Part shown: in pieces, positions 36,330-47,419 of the stretch
Numbering within the stretch: the first letter of the stretch is position 1
Layout of the letters: every line of letters starts with the position of its first letter
Assembly: GCA_046563655.1 (NCBI GenBank)
Contig: CM102289.1
Coordinates: 1,984,001-2,048,000, forward strand
Direction: 5' to 3'
Origin: Yuukianura sp. NJ FZ-2021
Taxonomy: Eukaryota
DNA: 64,000 bases
Made by a program: the position numbers and the translations under genes
The notes under the pieces: model-generated
Told to the model about the DNA's origin: nothing
Database searches by the model: none
The model's input: the letters and a program-made list of their open reading frames with translations, nothing else

Positions 36330-38197
36330 TATTTCGTGTTCCTAATGTTTGGTTTTCCCGGTCAGACTCAAGGAGAAGTTCAATTTGAATTTGGACATTA
36401 ATATTTGGAACCTGTTTTAAAAAGAACAGAAACCGGAAATGGAACCAAAACAATTTCTGTTACTGTCAAAAAACAAAGTTAGTCACGCATTCGGAACTTC
36501 AAATTTGTCATTTGCGATTCAAACAAATTTATTTTTCTGCAATATCGCAGATCCAACCGACATTACCGGAATTGCAGTTGGCGTTTCCGTTGGAGTTGTA
36601 ATTTTGGTTTTCGCGGGGCTGATATACTTCTACGTTAAATTTAACAAACTAAATAACATCATCAGTGGGTTAACGGTTACGGAAATTCTGGAATTCCGAG
36701 AAGGCAAAATGAAGAATCCAAACGAACTTAAAACTTCTGCAGATTTTATCGAGTCACTCGCCTATGATAACGCTTATGAGTTACCAAGAAGCAGATTTGT
36801 TGTGGGTAATATTAAAAAACAACTTTTTTTTTTTGGAAAATGACCAAATTTGTTGAAAAATGACGAAATTTGGAAAATTTAGATACAACAAGTCGACCAT
36901 TGGGTTCGGGTGCATTCGGAATAGTGTACAAAGGAAGAGTACATACAGAGGATGGAGAAATTGAAGCAGCCTTCAAAACGATTAAAAAGGCAGCGGACAT
37001 TAGCTACGTCAAATCACTGTTATCCGAACTCAAAATTTTGATTCATCTGGGACATCATGAGTCAATTGTCAACTTAATTGGAGCTTGGACAGAAAATATC
37101 AAACATCGTAATTAAAATTTCCATTTCATGAAAGAAACTTTTGGTAATTTCAAATTTTTTCAAAATTCCTAAAATTCATTGCGCAGGTGAACTTTTTGTC
37201 GCAGTGGAACTTTGCCAATATTGTCTTTCAAATTTTCTGAGAGAAAATTCGTCAGCGTTTTTAAGCTACGTAAAGAATGGTAAAATGCTCACTCAGCCGA
37301 TTTTGAGGTAGAATTTGAACTTTTCAAAGTTAAAAAATTTGACATCAAATTAATAATAATTATTAATTTGATGTCAAATTTCCTAATCACTAAAATTCAA
37401 CATAATTGTGAGATTTTTATGTTGAATTTTAGTGATTCGGCTTACCACAACATAAAATACTGTCAAAATTTCTCTACGTTCACGTTAGTTAAGTGGGCAA
37501 CGGAAATCGCCTCAGCTCTGGAGTATATTTCGACCAAGCATGTCAGACCAAAAACTTAAGCTAGATTTTACAAATTGAATTAAAAACAAAATATCAATGA
37601 CCTTTGACCGTTTTACAGATCATTCATGGCGACATTGCTGCACGCAACATTTTGCTTTCGTTTGACCTTGAGGCAAAGTTGTGTGATTTTGGCCTTGCTA
37701 AGCAACTTGTCGACTACAACTACATCAAATCGGAGCAGGAAAGTTGTATTTAACTTTGCACAAAATTCGTCCGAAATTTTGAAATTTGGTATAATTATAG
37801 TGCCCGTTGCCTTGGAAATGGATGGCGATTGAATCTCTTCGCCAAATGAACTTTTCGACCAAGTCAGACGTATGGGCCTACGGTATAACACTCTGGGAAA
37901 TGTTTACTCTTGGAGATATTCCTTATCCTGGACTAAACTGGTCCACGGACTTTGTCGATCAATTGGAAAGGGGACTTCGCTTGAAACAACAAGGATACTG
38001 CCCAAATGACATGTATTAGATTTTTTTTAGTCACACCAACCATTTTAATCTTAACTATTGTTGTTAATTAACTTGGCTTCAGATGGGAACTAATGATTCT
38101 GTGTTGGCAAAATAATCCCGACGGCCGTCCAGCGTTCAAAGTACTTAGGAGTCTCTTGAAACGTTTCAAAAACAAGACAAACCGTGGTCGTATTTAA
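36330..38197 (+). pseudogene. Duplicate PVR-like RTK with deleted ectodomain (pseudogene or truncated gene)
   Basis: Highly similar to the RTK at 23967. Exon-1 sequence is fused at aac (36443-36445) to the last Ig exon; TAA at 36399-36401; TM and kinase exons remain open. Confidence 0.8.
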
Positions 38198-38801
38198 AGT
38201 CAACCTCCTTACACTAATTGTTATGAAAAATGTGTTCTAAAATAGCATCGTATCTTACTACTAAATTACTTTTAAATGCGATAGAAAGCATTAATAACAT
38301 GTTTCTAGAACATTACTTTATAAAATTTCCTCAAACAATCCTGCTTTAAAAAAAAATATAATTTTGAAATGTAATAAAACAGTATGGTTTTATCCGTTCC
38401 ACTCAAAATTTGTCACTTCCAAATTTTATTCTTTTAACTTTTTTTTCTCGTGTATTTTTAAAATTCCCATGTCTTAGGATAAATTTTATTTGAACGATGT
38501 GAGTTCATTGGCTTAGCGTCTTTTGTATTTTTACCAATTTATACGCAGACAATTTTAGAAACTGCCGATGGCAATGGTAAAGAAAAACAAGAAAATACTT
38601 TCAAGCGTTGAATTCTACTTTGGTTTCTAGTAAAATTGAACTTTTTTAAAATAGAACACCTAGGGTTTGTATTGAGGCGTTCAGTTTCAGACGCTGACCA
38701 GTTCCGTTTCAGATTCATTTTGAACTGGTACAAACAGGAGTTAGTTCTCAACTTATATTTCAAAATTTGGTTTTCTTTGGGAAAATTGATTGGTCACAAG
38801 A

Positions 38802-40030
38802 ATGTATAGCGATGAAACCATTGCACTCCACTTCACCATCCCCGAGGTATTAAATGGAACAACTACTCAGGATTGCCGAGCTTATTGGGAGCTCGATGAA
38901 CGGGACGACTTGTTGACAGGACGGAAACGTCTAATTATGAGGTTTAGAGCTCAATTTGCCAACGGTAACTTGATACAACTATCCTTTTTACACAAGTTTT
39001 GAATGTTACTTCTGTACTTCTGAAATTAATATACAACAAATAGAGCGGTTAAATCTGAACATTTTGTGGTTTAGGATTTGAAGTGCTTGAGTATGAGTTC
39101 GCCCGAGATTTGGAGAACGTGATCCACGCGTGGAATGTCGGTCAGATGGAATTGCGCATACGCCACCGGATTCATGAAGGACCGATCCAAGATATTCTTA
39201 TAACCATGCACAATCGTACCGGTAGGTTTGACCGTCATTTCAAACTAAAAAAAAGATGTCTTTGAGTTGAAAGATTCGTTAATCGGCGATTAACGATTTT
39301 AGAGTACAACTATATTCGCAGAATTCTTCACCAGAAAAGTATTCGCTGGATAATCCACTCACATGTAAGTTTTTATTTTTGTATTGTACCCTAAATGTGT
39401 GCTGAAAAGAATAACCTTCAGGGTTGTTACGCATTTGGCAGTGGGCATTTTTGGCGAGCGCCAAAAACGCCAAAAATGCCACTCAAAAATCATCTACGCA
39501 CCGCCAAATGCCAAAAATTAAAACTTCTGGAGAAAGTTGACGAAAAATTTCGCGAGAATCAAAAAGATATTTTAAAAAATAAGAGGATTGGATTTGTTTT
39601 CATTCTCTTCTTGTTCCGTATTAGCCGATAATCTATTGTTTAACCAATACTCCGTTATACATATACCGCTTATACACTTAAAATTGACTTCGACTTAGTG
39701 TGCAGACTGCAGAATCATGCAAAAATGGCTTCAGCCAAACGCCGTTTCTTGATGGAAAGGACTTGGAAACAATTCAGACAGAGCTCAGGGACATTTTCGA
39801 TGGAAAATTGTTGATTGGCATTGCTTTAGCTAGGGATTTAAGCTCGCTTAGCCCCATCTACTCTAGACTTTCATGAAATCTAACTATAGAACTGACATTA
39901 ACTGGAATTAGCATGTAATGTCGGCACAGATATCGGGTGTACCATATGTCCGTTGGATCTTTCTCTGCACAAACCTCATGAGCTCCAAAAACTCCACAGC
40001 GAGATATGGGAGATGAGATGGAGAAGTTAC
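38802..40030 (+). pseudogene. Spliced gene fragment with a REX4/ISG20-like (DEDDh exonuclease) segment, probably degenerate
   Basis: Phase-compatible exons at about 38802, 39075, 39303 and 39706; the last reads GKDLETIQTELRDIFDGKLLIGIALARDLSSL, similar to the REX4 ExoII region (ILVGHAL..DL..L), and then hits stops. Confidence 0.35.
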
Positions 40031-40165
40031 ATAGGGAGAAAAAAGATCTAACGGACTTATGGTACACCTGATATACAATAATAAACAGTAAAGTTAAGTT
40101 TTAATTGTAATTGTGAATTGTACTTTTTCGTGAAACTGGCCCCTGGTATTAATTAATATCTTTAA

Positions 40166-40317
40166 TTCTTTTAAACGATTGTCATCAGTTATTCATTAAT
40201 TAATTATTATTAACTAACATTAATTAATTAATTATTATTAATTAATATTAATTAATTAATTAATGTTAGTTAATAATAATTAATTAATTAATAACTGATG
40301 ACAATCGTTTAAAAGAA
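40166..40317. repeat. ~150-bp AT-rich near-perfect palindrome
   Basis: ttcttttaaacgattgtcatcagttatt...aataactgatgacaatcgtttaaaagaa with mirrored taat-rich interior. Confidence 0.9.
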
Positions 40318-40412
40318 CTGAGCACTGCAAACCTGAGAACCATACGGAACTTGTGGAATTTTAAACTTTTCGCAGTTATTGGCAGTGGTACTGCCAGCTA
40401 CGCAGTCCGTTC

Positions 40413-41253
40413 CAGAGGTGGTAGCCTGCAGGTAAACCTGCGCAGGTTGCAGGCCAACCTGCAGCACGTGCAGGCGGGCTAAACCTGCGGTGGATTTTTG
40501 CAGGCTGCAGGCGTGCAGGTTTTTATTTGGAAATGTTGCAGGCGTGCGGGTTCAGCGAGCAACGCTCTGCAGGCGCCTGCATTTGGCCTGCAGGCTGACT
40601 GTTGCCGTTTTTGAGAGTTTTATTCTCAGAAATTTCAAGAAAAGATAGAAACGAATAGAAAAATTTCTTTGAAATGTTGAAGAATTAAATTCAATGGAAC
40701 TATGCAAACGTTTTGCTGCATATTAGTTGCACGATACAGCCTTTAAACAACAAATCCGGAGGGGGAAATATGGTTAAGTAAAATTGGCGTTACACTCGGC
40801 CGTGTAGACAACACAAAATTTGACAGTATAACTTTGCAGATTTTTTTATGGGCAAGGATCAAGAATTTTTAAAAGTTAAACAATTCAAACGTAGGGTAGC
40901 AGTTTAAACCTAAACAATTTATTACAACGAATTTTTCTGTCTACGTGTTTGGAAAGGACAACCGACACATAATTGAGGGTGATTGAGGAATTGTCATTAT
41001 ATGCAAACGAATTTACGCAGTAGTTGTAAGTGTATATTAAAATTTTCGTAGGTTACAGTTCGTATAAAAAAATTGCAGGCTAACTGCAGGCAGCCTGCGC
41101 AGGTTGCAGGCTGGCCTGCCGAAGAGCCTTGCAGGTGCAGGCGTGCAGGCTGCCGATTTTCGATAATTTTGCAGGCTGCAGGCGTGCAGGCTAAAAATTC
41201 CTGCAGTGCAGGCGGGGCAGGTTGGGGAAAATAGTTGCAGGCTACCATCTCTG
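40413..41253. mobile_element. Non-autonomous hAT-type DNA transposon, 841 bp
   Basis: 18-bp TIRs cagaggtggtagcctgca / tgcaggctaccatctctg (1 mismatch); perfect 8-bp TSD gtccgttc (40405-40412, 41254-41261); subterminal tgcagg arrays. Confidence 0.92.
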
Positions 41254-41737
41254 GTCCGTTCCCCATAAGGATACATTACATTTGTGGCAAAAAACGCGTC
41301 ATTTTTGCCAGTATTGCCACAATTGCGTACTAAAGTGATTTTTGGCGCCAAAAATAACAACCCTGACAACCTTATTAAAAAAAACATTTTTGCAACTCGC
41401 ACCACTTGACACATTTGCTTCAATTCGCACTTGATTCACACTGTGTAGTTCAAAATAGTTGTTAAATAACGTGTAATTCAAGTTCTGCATTAGATTGAAT
41501 CTAACGACTTCATTTACATTCGACTAACGCTTAAGCATTTGAAACATTTGAAACGCGTTAAAAATTTCTTTTTCCAGAAAACGACTTTGTCTAGAGGACT
41601 TTAGGGCTGACTGAACAGCGGACAATTTTTGTTGTTGTTTTTTTTTAGTTTAGTACTTCAGACTATTAGGGTTTAGGTCACAGAGAACTTTTAGTTGTAT
41701 TTTGTTAGTTAAAGATGCACTTTGCAAGTTTACTTGG

Positions 41738-42475
41738 CAGTGTTCGGACACCCCCTTCCCCACTGGGGATGGGGGATGGGGATTTGGGGCTCAATCTGCG
41801 GGGACATCATCCTCGAATTGGGGGTGGGGATTTAAAATTAAATTCGGCTAAAATCGGACGGCCGACGTCGGCTCGGAACTCCATTTTGCGCGAACCGTTT
41901 GGATCCAATTTACAAACAATTGTAAATGTAGCAAAAAGAAACATTCTGCACAACATTTCACTGCAAAATTTCGGATTTTTCAAATTCACTAACTTTGTTT
42001 CCTTGATTTTATACATACAAAATTCATACAAAACCATATAAATCATCAGTCCCACATATAATCACTTAAAACAATTGACTCAACCTAGCTTAACACCGAA
42101 CCTCACATTACCTATGGACATCGCTAATCAGCTGGTGGGTGTGAATTGCCGTACCAATTTATATATAGTGTAATTTAGTCTAGTCTGCTTACAAAATAAT
42201 TGCGAGTTAAGCGAAATTAATTAATTAATTAGCTGGTATAAAATAGGATGACAAAATAGTGTGATACGTTCCTGTAAGAAAGAGTACCATAACCAGAAAG
42301 ACAACAGCCAAAAAGGTGCGCAAAATCAATTAAGGTTTAGAATTCCCGGCGGCCTTCTGCGCATGCGCAATGCTATTTTTCTGCTAAACCCCCAATTCCC
42401 CAAATCCCCGGGGATTTGGGGAATTCCCCAAATCCCCGGGGACATCATCTAATCCCCGGGGATGGCCGAACACTG
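41738..42475. mobile_element. Second non-autonomous hAT-type element, 738 bp
   Basis: TIRs cagtgttcggaca / tggccgaacactg; perfect 8-bp TSD ttacttgg (41730-41737, 42476-42483); subterminal ggggat/atcccc repeats. Confidence 0.92.
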
Positions 42476-43262
42476 TTACTTGGTGTAACCTATATTTTAT
42501 TAATATTTGACACTACATAACTGATATATTATTCACTACTTTAGAGCGAAATGCAAAATTACACTTTCTACCCTTGATGCGATAAACTCGAATGGCAGCT
42601 AATTCGCATACACGGAAAAAAATCGTTGATCACCGCACTTCAGTATCACTTAATTACTTCAATTTAACCTCACTAATTACTACAATTTACTGAACTTCAC
42701 TTTAATCAATATATGAATTAACTTTTTTTGTCATTTTGCGCGTGGTCGTGTAAATAGGTAATTTAATTAAGCATAATCAAACTCATAATCGTGAAATTAA
42801 ACTGGATGTGTCAATTTTTTGAAATTTTTTAAAAACATATTCATTTTTGTGTGAGCATTCCCACCGGAGAAGAGGATGCACTACAGCGACTTTACATTGG
42901 TGAAACCAACCACCAAAATTTGAAATCAAATTTTGTACCGTTCACGACATTTTGGAAAGTGCCGTTGATTGGTTCTTTGTTTCCTTGGAAGTTTCCATTG
43001 TAGCGATTGCATCACTCAAACGCACAAAAATTAAAACAAATTGAATTATTATATTAGATTTGCCATTTTGAATTAGTTTCAAACATTTTCCTGTACTCGT
43101 ACGTCGCATCTTGGATGATGCTTACGACAATTCTGAGGAATAGTAGCCAACACCGGCCGTAAAGAACGCGGGAAGTGGAACCAAACACCTAAAAAAAACA
43201 GAAGTAATTGGGCTGTGGATTTAATTGTTAAATTCATCAATTTATTGAATGAAAAAGAGAAG

Positions 43263-43747
43263 TTAACCTCTCTGTGGCCGCATTGACCCACAAATTTTAA
43301 TGCCCACATGACACCTTTTCGTCAGAATCGCAGATATCTCAGTGCAAACACCTTACGAAAACACGTGCAAACACACGATTGCCATTGTGTCGATCGTTAC
43401 ATACTCCCCTCCCAGGAGCAGTGGCGATACTGAGGATAAGTGTTGTGCAAACGGGGCGGTCGGAGACTCAATGGGCGGGGCCTACTTATCCTCAGGGGTC
43501 ACGGGAGTTCGTGACTGTGGGTACACATGTTTGTCTCAAGCGCGCCAAAACGCGTTTTTAAATTTTGACAACAATAGGCGTAATAATTAAAAATAATACA
43601 TTTAATTAAATTTTTTACCCCCGTTTTGAACCCTTGCGATTAAGATCTCCTAAAATTAGGCATGTTTGACCTTATTGTGACCTATTAATTTATGGAGCAA
43701 AAGTCAAATTTGACGTAAAATCGTCAAAGTGGCCCCATAGGAGTTAA
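43263..43747. mobile_element. Degenerate TTAA-flanked MITE (piggyBac-like)
   Basis: ttaacctctctgtggccgcattgac versus gtcaaagtggccccataggagttaa form imperfect inverted ends. Confidence 0.4.
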
Positions 43748-43987
43748 GGTACGTAATCGTTTGTTATCTTTCGTATTTACTTCAATTCAGTAATTAATTT
43801 CAATCATGTATTCATAGCTCGGTGGCCCATTCCACCACTCCGGAAACTGCACCTCCGTTGTCACTTGAAGTTGGTGGTTTCCTACGTCTAAAAGAATCAA
43901 TAGCATTTGTCCCACTAACATAAACGATTGGTTCTATCTACCTACTACTTGATTTTCCTGCTGCAGAGAACCCTCAATCTACTAAAT

Positions 43988-46754
43988 ATGAATACTACGA
44001 TATCAAGGAACGTCACGTTGGCTGATGGACAACTGAAGGATGACTTTAGTGGCACATCGCTTCGAGGTAAACATCTTCAGGTCGAACAATTAAAGACGGC
44101 GATTCGTGAAGTTTAAATGCCTTCGATATAACGTTTTTTGGTTTTTATCTTTTTGAAGTGTGGCCGATCCAGAAAACTGATTCAGAAAGTTCAAACACCG
44201 CTTCATTTCAACCTCTGACTCCCAGATGTGTAAACTGTTCAGCTGAACTGACCAGTTCCAACTCATCCAAGGCTGTCAGCTCAACAAATCCGATATATTC
44301 CATCCTTTATGAAGTATTTTCGCTACAAATTGGACTCGCTTTCGAAAAGGAATTTCCTTGCTGCCGTGCCTGTTCACTGCTAGTCACGAATGCTCGAAAC
44401 TTCTTTCACTCTTTCAAGAAACGGATGACGGTCAATTCCAAACTACATCCCCTATTCAATGCTATTGACAAGCATATGCTGAAGTTCTCTGTGAATGGCT
44501 TTGACTTCGGCTTGTCCACGAGCAGTTCTGCCTCATCTACCGCTAACTGCACAATTACGGATCCTGATCCACTGGCAATCGAACCTAGTGAGGTTTTGTT
44601 TCCGGAAGGTGATAACTCACATTTCGCACCATTGAAGAAGGCCCCGATAGAATCTAATAACAAAGATTTGAAGATCGTAGAAGCATTTAGTCTCAAGCGG
44701 AATAATCAACCTACTGCTGCAAAGCTCAATCAAGTCTGGCTTACTACACCCAATCAATTCCCTGTTGCCCGTGTCAACAAAACTCAAGTTACCAAACCCA
44801 AGGACCAACCTACCAGTACAAGTACAAATCCATGCAGTAGCACAAATTCTCTTCTGTTGCCTTCCGATGCTGAATCCGAATCCACGTCCTTCCAGGATCT
44901 GTTTCCAACCAGCCCTGAACCGGACGAGGAGGAAAGCAGTTTAGAAGCAACAAATTGCAGTACTCCAGAAGATCCAATCGTTACTGCCGCCGCCGCACGG
45001 GTTAAAGCCACTTGGAGAAAAATACGACTCAGCCATGCAGCCAGAGCCAGAGACGTATTCAAGACAGGAATTGAGTGTTGTGTCCCCTACTGTAACGAAG
45101 TCTTTTATGGGGCATTCGATGTCGTTCACATGGAATTCGACAGTCACATGGAGGCCAACCACCGTGTTTTCATATGTTGTGAATTTTGTGTCGAAAATGT
45201 CTACGGCAAGGATGTGGCCACTACTCGCGAGTTATTCGAACGGCACCAGAGAGACATGCACAGTCAAGAGCCAGTGGTCATTGATCCCCATTCGGCAATT
45301 GTTTACGATCTTGGAGCGCAAGTTTATACTTCATCTTGCCGGATTTGTAAAAAGCGGTTTCATGACCTCAACCCCAATGTATTGAATGACAAAAAGAAAC
45401 AACACATACTTGCCCTTCACCAAACAACCATACAATGTGATCACTGTTCCAGTGTTTTCAAGGGGAGCGAATTAACGATAAAGTCTCGGCTACGAAAACA
45501 CATTGAAATTCATCATAAATACCACTCACAAGTCAAATGCAGAATCTGTGAGAGGCCAATGGATCATGTCACCGCCAGAAAACGACACGAATTTACGCAT
45601 TTCAGTCAGAGTGACAAAGATGAGGCTGTTAAGGAAGATCCAACCATTCACACTTCCACACTCTGTCCCACATGCGGTATGGTATTATCGGGATACTTCA
45701 TTTCAGCAGAAAGTAAGTTTTTAACATATTTTAGTCGCATAGTTACATGTACTATACTAGCATGCAGCAGCAGCCCAACTGAAAAAAACATTAAGTATTT
45801 CTACCGGGTGATCAACGGAAAACTGGACGTTTTTGCAAAACTGACCTCAAATGACTCCTAAAATTGTTATAAATAGACTATGATAATAGCCAAATGATAT
45901 CTAAAATATCAGCAAATACAAGGCAGCACAACTAAAAATATCAATTTCCGGTGTCGATTGTAGCAATTTTTGCAAACACTTCCACTTTTTCGCTGGTCAC
46001 CCGATAGAAAAGATGAATGCTTTTTTAGCTGGGCTGCTATGGAGGCATGTTCGAGTAAAAAAGTGATTTTGAAAAATGTAACGTCTAAATTCGCTTTTCA
46101 GGATTGCTACAAACACATGCAGACAGGTTTCATTCCAGTGAGAAACAAGTTGTAAAGAAGGAAAAACTTAAGACTGTTTACTCTTGTGACAAATGTGACT
46201 TCACATCTGCAACACGTAAAACCATGACTCGTCACGAAGAAATTCACAATGAAAATGGATACAACAAGTATACGTGTGTCAGATGTGGACAAGGATTCAA
46301 GGTAGGTCAGGGCAACCAATACACGGAGCATACTCTTATCTGCTGCGACGAGAAGACACGGCCAATACTGTGTACTGAGCCAGATTGTTTGAAGAGATTC
46401 AAACTAAAACAAAACTTGGTACTTCATCTGCTCGGAGTTCACCGGAAAAGTGCCGAAGAAGCGAGAGGGGCCGTGTACCCGGGTCTTCCCGTGCATGACT
46501 GGATAAGAAAACACGACCGCACGAAACCCTTCATTAGCACTGAATCTCTGGAAGATGATGATGATCCTGGCCCTCCTGTACTAACAGATGAAACGTTGCC
46601 TCAAATACCCGATCCACCTTCCGCCAGTGCTGAAAAACGCAGACGACGTGCAGTAGAACAAGCAGTTGATGCTGAACCTGATGAGGCTGCTGCTGATGAA
46701 TCTTCGGTACGACGAAGTCCCCGAAAGCGTAAAAAGCGTAGAAACGGTTGCTAA
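43988..46754 (+). CDS. ZAD-like + C2H2 zinc-finger protein, 3 exons
   Basis: N-terminal CxxC...CxxC (CVNC / CRAC), Ser/Pro-rich linker, many CxxC..H..H fingers (one joined across intron 2: CPTCGMVLSGYFISAE|RLLQTHADRFH), basic C-terminus RRSPRKRKKRR. Confidence 0.88.
45768..46038. mobile_element. MITE in zinc-finger gene intron 2
   Basis: Imperfect long TIRs agcagcccaactgaaaaaaacatt..ctaccgggtgatca / tggtcacccgatag..aatgcttttttagctgggctgct. Confidence 0.7.
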
Positions 46755-47419
46755 CTTAAAACTAAAACAGAACTTGCTCTAAAATCTAAAAACGTTTCTA
46801 AGAAAGTAGATTTAAACACGCGTAGAGTAGAATAGTTTGTCCCTTATAAGGATTAGAATACGAATTTACATTACTTTTGCAATATCATGAGTCAAATTAA
46901 TTGGTTTTGTCATCATTTTTTTGAAAGACGAGGTTAAGTATAAATTTTGTGTTTAGATCCAATCGAAAGAGCAATTTTTTTTTAAAACTAAAAACCATTT
47001 TGAAATTCTTTGGGCAACTTGAACAATATTTTCAGTGTGGCATCCATGCCTAACTGGTTTGATAAAATTCAATTTCATGCGAAATGTGTGAAGTTGTTTT
47101 GGTTTTGCAACTACTTTAAAAATGCGGTAATTAAAACTTGTTGCAGCAACGCTTGTAGCGTTATGTGACAATTTCACGGCCACATTTTTTAAATTGTTGC
47201 GGAAATTTGGATCTTGTGTAAGGAACTTCTTTTAAGTAACTTCCTCATAAGGTTAATTTGTAACCTTCAATCAGCATCTTTTCCTTTTGTCATCTTAACT
47301 TCCCTCTTCTTTTTTGCATTAATTTTTAGTTTAAAATGTTTACTTTTATTAGTACACTAAAAACGTTCCAGTCTAACAGTAGAACGATTCACTAAAATTA
47401 AACCTTCACTAAAATTTCA

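Noticed and set aside
40997..42452. ORFs of 60-128 aa in the track
   Set aside because: They lie in or across GC-rich subterminal repeats of non-autonomous hAT elements and show no transposase motifs.
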